A DNA stretch of 64,000 nucleotides from Phoronis australis (lineage: Eukaryota; Animalia; Phoronida), in assembly GCA_002633005.1 (NCBI GenBank), contig NMRA01000565.1:193682-257681 (forward strand), read 5' to 3'. Both the position numbers and the translations under genes were made by a program. Of the stretch, positions 1 to 10,219 are shown piece after piece. The notes beneath the pieces were generated by a model. The model made no database searches and was not told where the DNA came from. It saw only the letters and a program-made list of their open reading frames with translations. Each line of letters begins with the position of its first letter. Position 1 is the first letter of the stretch.

Positions 1-396
1 GAGATGAGTATGACATTCTATTTTTCGCTTCCACTGCGATAGGAGGTCACAGATGCCATCTGTCTCCCTCCGGTCGCTAGCGAACTCACGTCTCCGCCGT
101 CCCTTAGTCGTCACCGATGTCACGGTGTCCCAATCCGGTCGCCACCAATTTTTGCGCCCTGCTACCCCTATTTAACTAGTACGCCAACACTGGCGTAGTG
201 ACCTTACTTTGATCAGGCCAGGTTAAGTCTAAGGCCACACAGAATGAGAACGGGTAAGATTCGACGACAATTTTGGTAACTAAATGGCCGAAGTGACTGC
301 CGCAAATGGTATTCGGTAGTTCATTGGAGTTGTTTTGAGTAGATAAAGTACAGAAATTTAGTCTTAGCTCCTAAGGAGTTCGTGAAATGACCTCAC

Positions 397-447
397 CGTG
401 TTGTTTGTACTCGTGGCAACGTATGCGCTGGATGCAACTTCCGATGT
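397..447 (-). CDS. Candidate cytoplasmic exon, copy 1
   Basis: acatcag|51 nt|gtgagg, conserved at 27900-27950. Open in all three frames, so the frame is not fixed. Confidence 0.55.
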
Positions 448-3400
448 CTGATGTAAAGATGGCCGCGCCGGTCGTGTGGCACATGATCGACAAAAACTAA
501 ACAAAAAAGTAGCCCGTTGAGTTATATTTTAATACAGAGAGCACAGTATCACAATATCATTTTCAGCCATTGCACCGTTTATCATTCATCAATGAGATGT
601 ATATTTAACCACGGCAATATACGAAATAAAGATAATCTGTCTTGTCAAAAAAAGTTGCGTCAAATATTCCCAACGTGGTGAAATTCTATATTTTGCCGAA
701 ATGCAGGGGATACAATACGTTGGGAACGTAACGCTGAGATTGGGTGTAATATTCAATTTTTGGTTTACACTCGTCCGCATTTTACCAGTTCTATATGAAT
801 TTAAATTTAAGATGACAGTTCAGATTAAGCGATTATGGAGATTACTATTTTGGCTAACACAACACGGCAAAATCAGCGACCTTAACTAGCAACCAAAATC
901 CAAATTCATCTTCAGCAAGCACACCGAGAAACGATTCCAATAACTTCTTGTCTTTGGGCTCTACACACGGCGCATACAAACACTCTTTCTACTGAGAATT
1001 TCCCCAACCAGACATCAAATGGTGTAATTATATGCCCATGGGTATGGACCACTTATTAGAGATACAGTTAAAACTTCTTATAGTAGCCGGGGGTGTTTGT
1101 TGTTTTAGACGTGCGCCAGACTCGTCTTCTCTTTTGGAGACTTGGCATTTATTTATTTCAGTCCTACGGGAGGAAAACGCAAAACATCGTACAATAAGGC
1201 AAACGAAAAAAAAAACGCCTTAGCCAATCGTGGTCTCTAAGGTAGTATCCTATTATAGCGTGATGTTATGAATGCTTTTACAAACCGCTTGCTACTTTGT
1301 TTTTTCCAAGACGGCATCCAAACAATATGGAGACACGCCCTATAAAGGCAGGACGCCCCTATTAGAAGGGTGCCTCTGTTAGAGGGGGCTTAACGGTATG
1401 TTTCCCAAAACAAATAGTGTCAGGGAGACACAGAATACTGTTGGTACGTTTTGACATGTCTACATATAATCTTAACTGGCAGTAGCCTCATTACCATTAA
1501 ATGTTTAAAGCAAATACCGGCTTCTTCCAGATGCAGACAGCAAGAGGAATTGTCTTCTCATGAGAATCAGTATAGTGGCGAGCAACAAAATGAGCACTGC
1601 ACATACTGAGATGGAAATGGCAACTTTTGCATCACATGTCAAGCCTTCGTGTGGACTGGGAACTGAAAATACAGATCGGATGCATTATTACAGAAACTGT
1701 ACTGCTTCACAACCAGCATTTGAATGTTAAATGTTATAAACTGGATACAATATTGTATATGTAAATGTCTAGCATCCTTCAAGGTATTTGAGAGTAAGAC
1801 GTTCAATAGTGAGGCGAAAAATTGGTCGGACAGGCACAAGAAGCCCTTCAACATTTAAGTATGTGAGAAAATTGGAACATTGTAAACTGTTGCGACACAC
1901 TACAGAAAAGAAATTTAAAACGATGCGTACCTCCTGTTTCCCTTGTTGTCCCAACGGAAGACTCTTAAAATATAAAACAGTCTGATTGAGGAATGTTACA
2001 ACACCTGTTTGAAGAACCTATAGCCGTATACAGAAAGGGTCCCGTCTGCATAAAATCCCACCGGGCTACAATTTCTTCGTCAAACGCCAATACCAAAATA
2101 ACTCTTTCGCATCCCCATGCTGTTCTTACGAACCCATTTCTGTTCTCATAAACTGTCACAGAAAGGTATACGTTTAATTAAGACACTTTACTAACAGAAT
2201 TCTTCAGGTAATAAACATTTTTAAAAACTTCTTTTTATTACACCAGGCAACATTTCACGAAAAGATACCTTTTCTCTTGGTAGGCAGCATTTGTTTTGAA
2301 CATGGTAACAGAAGTAGTAAATACTTAAAGGCGCAAAAATTCCGACAACGACAAGGTCGGAACAAGGCACAGTATTTACGCCCAGTCTTCCGACATTGAT
2401 GGATCAAACGAATTTAAAATCAGTTTCCACGAAATCTCGAGGTGATTACTCAGCTGAAACCTTAACATTGACAATCAGTCCATAAGGTTGTATCCAACGT
2501 AGCTAAGATGGTCGTATCTTCAATTTTTGTTGGCGAACAATTCATAGGGGTGATTCATGAAGATCTTCAACCTGAATGTGAGTCATGATCACCTTTACTT
2601 TGTAACAATATTTTGTTTTGCAAAAACGTCTTCGCAATGACATAACGTCTTAACTGTGACCTCACATACAGGCTTTGATAAAACGGACCTTAGACGTAGT
2701 GAATGTAACAGTCGCTACAAGCTGTGCAACCATAAATTATAGACAACAGAATCGCAACTCCGACATTTTCTTACGTAGTATCCTAGAGGAGGCGCCACTC
2801 TCCTACCAATTTGTCTCTTACCAACTTCAGTTTTTAGTCAGTGTATTGTGACGGGAAATTCTCGCACCTATTTTACTGTTCTGTATAGGGTAAAACGAAA
2901 AAAAAATTCAGCATTGAAACGCTGTCCAAAGTCTTCCAATAATAGAACTGTTGGTATCGTGAGTAGTTTTGCTATCCGACCACAGCAACAGCCGACCATG
3001 ATTAGTAAACGACGTACTTGTGAGAAGTAAAACATGCTAATTTTGACAGGTGTCGCTAGTAACTAGTGACGTCACGGCTTGTGCGTAAGATCTCAGATTT
3101 CGGCCGTTGAATACGGAGTTGGCGGACCATGTACTATAGTCTAAGGTGCAACGAATGTCTTTAAAAGTTTCATAGAACACAAAAATTTACGTTCCGGCCA
3201 TTTTTTGAATTGCTACTAGGCTTCCCAATATTGCGAGTTTCAGATAGTAAACGCACTTAGATCTTACCATGTGTTGGAGACTGTGTGTCCACAACCGGTC
3301 CTTGTATCGTAGGTTTTGCTGCAATCATAAACAAGGATATCGATACGATATAGACGTGAGATGTCAAGAGTTAAACATGGGCGGCACAGCGCTGAAAAAG

Positions 3401-6400
3401 TGGGGCTATAGTTCAGCCCCCAACAACCATGTGGTGCACCGCTTCTAGACCGTGGGCGATGCAGCACCCTATGGTGCGCCGCTCACGTTAAATGATTACC
3501 TCCACAAGTTAAAATTAGTGTTGGAATCAAAATGTTTGCTCTTGTGACTAGTTCGCAACTTGAAACATTTCCCAAGCAGTCATAATCAAATCGACTAATT
3601 AGTTATTCCATCTGACCAACGCGTCCACCTCATGATCAAGTACATGTAGGCCTATCTGACTTAAATTTTAGTCAACACGTGAAAACGCTCAACTTCTGTC
3701 GGTTGCCGGTGACAACTTCACCTAAACACCCACCTGTAGTCCTTGTAGTGATTAGTTTGGATGCTGTGTACGTTACACCCCGTACAGTGTTGGACGCATA
3801 ACACACGAACACAGATTCTGTGGCTGTGATGGAGAGGACGGCGCCAGAGACGCTACCACTTAAACCGATCTGGAGCCAACTGTACTGGTGAGGAGCGGGA
3901 ATGGGCGGAGACGAAGGGTTGACACCACAAGTTAAATTGACTTGATCATTGACGTTGTAGACAAATGGTGAAGTACACTGAGTGGTGGACGTCTTGCACA
4001 CTTGAATGTTAGCATGGGATACAGGCACAGGTGCTGGTTGAGAAATTAAACGTATAAGAAACCACAACAAAATCTAATCAGCGTTCCGTGTATGACTAAC
4101 AATTCTCGCTATTTTCCGGAATTTTATAGCTTACTGAGAAAAAATTATCCAGTTTAACAACGAGTTATCTTTTTAACGTGGAGACACAAACATTGACGTC
4201 ACATTAATCAACACAAAACATGCCACAGCCCTACTTAATATTTAACGTGGAAAATGACGTTCTTCAACGTGACCACTTAATGTGGAAAGAACAAACAAGT
4301 TGAGAAAGAAAACATGTTAAAATACTCTAAACCCTTTCATGCAACAATGCATTGTACATGTACAACATAAACCTTCTGATACATTTTCAAAATAATCTAT
4401 CTTACCTATCACCTTAATGGTCCCAGTTTGAACTGACAAAGCAGCCTGCCTGTTGGACACGTGACACCTGAATTGTACACCGTCATCAGCTGTATCGAGG
4501 TTGACCGTCAGTGTACTGGTGCCGTTAGTTGTCCCATCTGAGTTGTTTACGACACTGATAATAACATTCTCAGTTATGCTGGTGTATGTAGCATTATCAT
4601 TCCGGCGTGACCACACCATGGCAGCCTGTGGTTTGCCCAAGTTGGCTGTACACGTGAAGACAGTCGGTCCTGCTCCACCAAGGACAGGTTGTGAAGGAGC
4701 TCCAGATATAAATGGCGTACCTGGGAGGACTTACAAAAACAACAGGATAGGATACGGAGCCGAATCTCCTCTAACCTGATTCGCAGCTCAACCATTCCCC
4801 ATGTCGCCGCGTCCGCGGTCGCTTTTGTCCTAATCTACTTTACAAAATTCTCAAAGGAGTTACGATGGAATACTACTTGTAAGGATCAAAAGGACGTCCT
4901 CTTTTGGTGATTTTGCTATTACCAGGAAGGATTGGTAATGACTTCCTGCTATTAGGCAAGTACGACATCAGAACATTGTTCCTGCAATTGTTTTGTTAGA
5001 GATTAAGGGAAGTGGATCTATTGAATTAAGGTATTTTTTTCAAAGACACAACTGAAATCACGTTTAGCAAACAACTCTCTCAAACAGAGCTGATTCGAGG
5101 AACTGTTAAAATTAACGAATTGGTTTGTTCAAGACGGTTAAGCTGCCAGACGAAATTATTTTATTTTCAACTTTGATATAATTTTATTTAAAGCCAGAGT
5201 TCGGCAAAATCTCACTGGCAATAGAATATTTGATACTCAGAAATTAAAAATACTCGATAATTACTTTCGTCAAACTTTGGAAAGAAGAAAACGTTTATTG
5301 TGTAGTTGGTCTCCCCTTAGCTCCACACGTATGGAGGGTATAACTACAGAAAAACAAACACTACTACATGCTCTCATAGTGCACAGGCATTCATTCCAGC
5401 AAGTTTCTTCATCAGGACTACAGTTCTCTTTGTGTTCTCACGAGCTGGGATATTTATTTTTTCGTGCACGGTTCTTTATACGGCCATGCGATACACTATT
5501 CGCCATTTTGCGTTCGACTTTATCATCAGTGTATAAGTAGCATGTATCTATATATGTAACATCAAATAGTCGAACCTCATGTTGAATGAACATGGTTAGT
5601 CGGCGTATTTTGGCCATACTGTTACGGATTATGTTGCAAACTCTCGAGCCGTAAAGAGAAAAAAGGTACTTACAGTCCACAACAAGGTGGCTAACTGAAG
5701 ATTTGATGTCGAAGATGTAAATTGACACATCCATAGTGTACTGGCCTTCGTCGTCAGGTGTAACTTGATACAAAGTGATGGTGAAGTTAGTTTTTCCATG
5801 CGAGTAGTCAGTAGAAGCACGAGATACATAGCCACCCAAGAACATTCCATCTATCATAGGTGGATCGGGTGGTACATAAAAAGGGGCTTCAAACAGATAA
5901 TTAATGCCTTTCCTAAATGTTACCCTTCGGAGGCTTTCACCATTCATCAATGTACAACGTATCCTGAACGTAGCATTTCCACCATTAATGGCGAAGATTT
6001 TACTAGGTGTAGTCACAGAAAGGGCAGAGACAGTGATATCTGGAAAATGATAAACATGTTAATATACCCAGTGGCAGAGATGACACAACACAGATCCATT
6101 AATGGATATTTGTGTGAATGTGAACCAAGGCAAGCATTACACATCCTTAGTCACCCTACTGTCACACACACGCACTGAGTCAACCCATTCATTACATATC
6201 TATAGTCACCCTACTGTCTCACTCACGCACTGAGTCAACCCATTCATTACATATCCATAGTCACCCTACTGTCACACTCACGCACTGAGTCAATCCATTC
6301 ATTACATATCAATAGTCACCCTACTGTCTCACTCACGCACTGAGTCAACCCATTCATTACATATCAATAGTCACCCTACTGTCTCACTCACGCACTGAGT

Positions 6401-9102
6401 CAACCCATTCATTACATATCCATAGTCACCCTACTGTCACATTCATACACTGAGTCAGCCCATTCATTACATATCCATAGTCACCCTACTGTCACATTCA
6501 AGCACTGAGTCAATCCATTCATTACCCAAACATGGTAGTCTTGCAAGTATAATAGTTTGCTCCTTAAAAGGACACACCAATTGGTATTTTTAGTTTTTGT
6601 TGTTATCCTCAGTAATCTTGGGGTTATGAGAATGAAATGGACTCCTTGAAATTATTAGCTTGGACCAGAGTAATAAAACAACCAAGTCCGTTGTGTTTCT
6701 GTAATTTTGTTACAAATCTCCAATTCGATGCAGTTGTCTGACACACATTGGCTGAAATCAAGGCTGGCGTCTTTGCCACTCACGATTTAATACGTGGAGT
6801 TTGGCTCAGCGGCAGAGCGTTCGGCTGCTGATGTGGATTAAAAAGTTGTATTCGTCTTTTGATTTGGGCCATTTACTTTAATGAAATCGGTCCATACTGT
6901 TCCTTAGTTAAATAGGGGCCATTTCTGAGTTGAGAACAACTAAAAATTTGTTATGGCTCGAGACCAGGCACTACAAGTTGGTTTGTGCTACAAGCATGGT
7001 TTCCAACTATGAACGAAATGTCACTTTTTCCAGGTCCAGAAAGCATTTCTCACATGAGTCACGAACACTTTGAGAACAGCGTTGAAGCAGTAGGTAGAAC
7101 GGCAGCGCAGACACGGGATGTGACAGAGATGATTGCAAGGTTTGAGTAATGCGGGTGATGTAGAGAAGACGGAGGAGAAAACAACGAAAACGACTATACA
7201 CAGTCAGTGCCGTATACCTCATCGACAGATTTCTTGTAACATCAATAAAAACGTTTTGCACTCAAAGCTATTCTTGTCGCTTTGAAAGATACCGGTGACA
7301 CGTGGTCTTATGTGGAAAAATTTGCTGCAGATTGAAGATAGAGTGAATTTTTACTTGAATAATCAGAAAAGGTTTAACAGCATTTTGTCAACCAATTTTA
7401 CATCTTTTTTGCGTCTTGAAAACACAAACTTTTTTCCTCAGCTTTACGGTCACACGGCCAAGTGAGTATACAAATCGCTTGAGCTGAAGTGCCATCAGCA
7501 AATTCTTAGAATGCTAATGGATGATTATTTGAGGTGCACAAGAGTCATGAAACTAAATAACAGCTTGTGAACGTAATGAAATCAAAAATCACAAGTTCAT
7601 GAGCAAATATCAATGCAAATCCTACTAAATCATGCAAACTGAAAGTGACTTAGAGATGAATTTACTTATTTAATATTGCAAAGTTGAATTATAACAAGGG
7701 CTTAGACAGAATTTATGTATAACTACACATAACCTGTTTAAATAATGACCAACAATCATGGAAGCAGATACACAGGAATTTGCTTCATACTATAAACATC
7801 CATTTGAACGAGATAAGGATAGATTTGGAGACTTTTTTAATGTCTTCAATGTCACCTAGTGGTGACTCCAGACATTTTTATCCACTTTCCATTCTCACTA
7901 GTGGGCTGGTCATCAAAAGAGTGACCTTATTCACTATGTCAGTAGTGAGGGTAATTTTTTATCGGATCATATCCAATCAGAAAGCTTGAAAGCATCCAAA
8001 TTGTATTTTTCGTTTTCTTTTTAGGACATGGAAACCGATGGAAACCATGGAATCTGAACAGAGGAGTGTGTTTTTGAATTTTCAAAATTGGTGAAGTAAA
8101 ATATAATTTGTCAACAAAAACCCAAGTGTTGAGCTGCTCATTGGAAAGAAGTTCCCAGCTTGGCTTATCTGCTAATTATACTGCATCACTAACTCACAAT
8201 AGAAGCTGGGTTTAAAAAAATGTGGATAAAATCGGTTGTGATGATGGATTCTGGTTTAAAGCAGGGGCGGATCAAAGATTTTGAGTTGGGGAGGGGGGGG
8301 CACGGCAGACTAATAGCCAGGATTTTGCCCGCCAGACATTGGCAACTGTAACTGCCAAACAGAATCTGGGAGAATTTTAGGGAGGCCATGGCCCCCTAGG
8401 GCCCCATCCAAACCGGCCACTGTAAAAGGCATGTTCGCAATATGTCTCTGGCGACGTGACCTAGCTTTTCATTTGTTGGAGAAAGCCATATAAGGCAGAG
8501 ATTAACCAATGAAAGTAACGCTCATACTCATAATGACTGAAAATGACCTAATTGACGACCTCATTACCATAGGACAAATTGAAAAAATAATCCCAACGTT
8601 AACAACTTCATTCCTTAATTTGCAATTTTAAGCCTGACAAACCCCGAAACAGTGATCAGCGATAGTTTAAGATAATTGTGATATGAGTTGTTTGCTTCTA
8701 ACATGACTGTGGCATCAAAATTTTATTTTATAACTTCAAGAGTTTTGGCCGGCTGGTTGATATTGGCGAATGACAAACTGTGGCTTTTAAACGTCTTTCA
8801 ATTGTACTACGGTGACGGTAAATGTCACAGAATAGATATATCTATGGCCACCGTAACAGAGCAGCTCCAACTAGCCAGCACGTGCTGTACGACGGCTGAT
8901 TTCTAACAGCAAAGAAAAATTTAAGTTACTTTAATGGTTATTGCATGGGCGTCGCAGTACTGAAAAAGGTGGGGCTATAGCCCCCGCAGCCTCAAATGGT
9001 GCGCCGTCCATGGCCGTGTTCACAAAAACAATACTGACCTTTCAAAAAGACTGTAACAACTAAGAAGAAGATGGTCAACGAGAGATTTGTCACGTGATTC
9101 AT
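397..9102 (-). CDS. IgSF type-I membrane receptor, copy 1 (spliced; 3' exons beyond left edge)
   Basis: Exons: 9039-9102 (leader), 5674-6039 (V), 4406-4729 (C2), 3734-4033 (Ig3), 3268-3318 (stalk), 1518-1662 (TM), 397-447 (cytoplasmic). Leader to TM joins through phase-1 GT-AG introns without stops. Confidence 0.85.
1518..1662 (-). CDS. Transmembrane exon, copy 1
   Basis: tattttcag| VPSPHEGLTCDAK-VAISISVCAVLILLLATILIL-MRR: hydrophobic helix with basic stop-transfer residues. The donor (gtattt) is uncertain. Confidence 0.8.
2731..3145. mobile_element. Non-autonomous DNA transposon, possibly P-like; related inverted copy at ~49101-49377
   Basis: 7-bp TSD gtgcaac (2724-2730 and 3146-3152), imperfect TIRs cataaattatag/ctatagtctaag. 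Absent at the paralogous site ~31445. Confidence 0.6.
3268..3318 (-). CDS. Pro/Thr-rich stalk exon, copy 1
   Basis: attgcag|...|gtaag, 51 nt, AKPTIQGPVVDTQSPTH. Paralog at 31567-31617 has the same length. Confidence 0.72.
3734..4033 (-). CDS. Third Ig-like domain exon, copy 1
   Basis: VNLTC...YSW...FVCYASN, 300 nt, phase 1-1, with an extra CxxxxxxC pair. Confidence 0.85.
4406..4729 (-). CDS. C2-type Ig domain exon, copy 1
   Basis: FTCTANLGKPQAAMVW...TSTLTV...DDGVQFRCHVSN, 324 nt, phase 1-1. An alternative acceptor at 4720 is possible. Confidence 0.88.
5674..6039 (-). CDS. V-like Ig domain exon, copy 1
   Basis: ttttccag| acceptor and |gtaagt donor. GGNATFRI, FTITLYQVTPDDEGQY (V-set DxGxY motif) and LVVD G-strand. 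Confidence 0.85.
6135..6525. repeat. 55-bp minisatellite, ~7 units
   Basis: Unit cattcattacatatccatagtcaccctactgtcacactcacgcactgagtcaacc at 55-bp spacing. The paralog has a single unit (~48445-48505). Confidence 0.95.
8262..8422. mobile_element. Short MITE with CAGGGGCGGATC-type ends; relatives at ~19716-19872, ~35461-35616, ~51340-51483
   Basis: Dispersed near-identical copies with CAG...CTG termini. Absent at the paralogous site ~50605. Confidence 0.65.
9039..9102 (-). CDS. Signal-peptide exon, copy 1
   Basis: MNHVTNLSLTIFFLVVTVFLK then G|gtcagt donor. It continues as DITVSA-LSV in the V exon. Paralog at 50834-50897. Confidence 0.8.
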
Positions 9103-10185
9103 AGCCCTTAAACGGCGTTGTAGTCAGAGGGTGATCGTTTCTATCATATGCACACCGCCTGTACACCTTGACCTAAACAGAATAACAGTGTCGTTTGAGG
9201 TCACACCGTGATAATTCACATCATGTTCTTGATAGATCAACTGTATTACACATGAGTGTCAAAAACAGCGGGTCCTGCGTGTCTACCTACGGTAGGCGGT
9301 AACGACAAATTCGCGCGAACTCTGTGAGTCTCATTTCGGTTTTTAGTCAATCTTCAATATCCCCCGGTTGCGCAAACCTGCCACCGCGCCACATCGACAG
9401 ATTCTCTCCAATTCCTCCCCCTCAATCAAGGTCATCCTAAAGTTTTGTTAAATAACGGGTCGTCGTCGTACACAATCAATGAACAAAACTGTCCCAGGTG
9501 TGGCGTGCCCGAACTGCCCGTGTGCGCCACTCCTCTGCACATGGCTGCCCCTCAGGCCTCAACTGCCATTATCAATGACTCATTCACAAAGTAATGCCCC
9601 TTATGATAACGTCAACAACGAATAAACAACAAAAAACGAACATACACAGGTAATACATGAATGAGCAGTTCCTTATCACCAAGTTTATAGTCTGGTGTTT
9701 CACAGTGTACTTACATTCATTTGTCCCATGCCTTGAAACTTCGCTGTTCCAAACGATCACAAAATTCAGTTCTCATGAGAAATTCGCTACCCGCCAAGTG
9801 AAGCAACTATTTGTATCGAATGGCCGGGAAGTGAAAGGGTTGGTGAAATCATACAATCGCAGTTCTCCCACCAGTCCATGAGGGTTCATCAGGCGAAAAA
9901 ATGGCCACGAGACGAAGAACCCCCGGGAGTGATTTGTTAATGACTTGAGGAGTTATCGTGTTAGCCAGCATAGATCAAAATGACGAGCGGATCTGTGTGG
10001 GGAGTAGGTCTGTCATTTGTCCATTATATCAGGTAAGTTTCGTGAATCACTGAGACGAGGAAACACCGTAAAACGCTGATTAAATAAACCGTACTTTGTG
10101 TGACCTGATACAATGTATGATTAAAGTGGACTGTTGCAGCCTATTAGTAGCTTGCATACAGTGTTGTGATCAAAAGCTCGCTTAC

Positions 10186-10219
10186 CTGCTCAAAACAGTG
10201 TACTTGGTCAGAGTCAACG
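10186..10219 (-). other. Candidate 5'UTR exon, copy 1 (paralog 52098-52133)
   Basis: ctacag| acceptor and CAG|gtaagc donor in both copies. Lengths of 34 and 36 nt suggest it is non-coding. Confidence 0.45.

Noticed and set aside
1-240. Coding exon in the block shared at 1, ~26400 and ~63600
   Set aside because: Stops and indels fall at different positions in the three copies, with no common open frame.
860-990. Death-fold-like peptide LLESFLGVLAEDEF on the minus strand
   Set aside because: Short, frameshifted relative to the paralog and lacking convincing splice sites.
2005-2045. Extra stalk micro-exon after conserved ttttatgcag
   Set aside because: No phase-1 donor shared by both copies, and the stalk and TM exons already join in frame.
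5600-6100. RAG-type recombination signals flanking V exons (somatic rearrangement)
   Set aside because: V exons end in ordinary splice donors and include their own G strand. I saw no heptamer-12/23-nonamer arrangement; CACTGTG at ~50782 and ACAAAAACA at ~50817 are 28 nt apart.
6135-6525. CRISPR-like array
   Set aside because: Head-to-tail 55-bp units with no unique spacers, no cas genes and a eukaryotic context.
6795-6835. tRNA gene (TGGCTCAGCGGCAGAGCG; also ~48795)
   Set aside because: Only an A-box/D-arm-like part is present, with no T-arm or acceptor stem. At most a decayed tRNA or SINE fragment.
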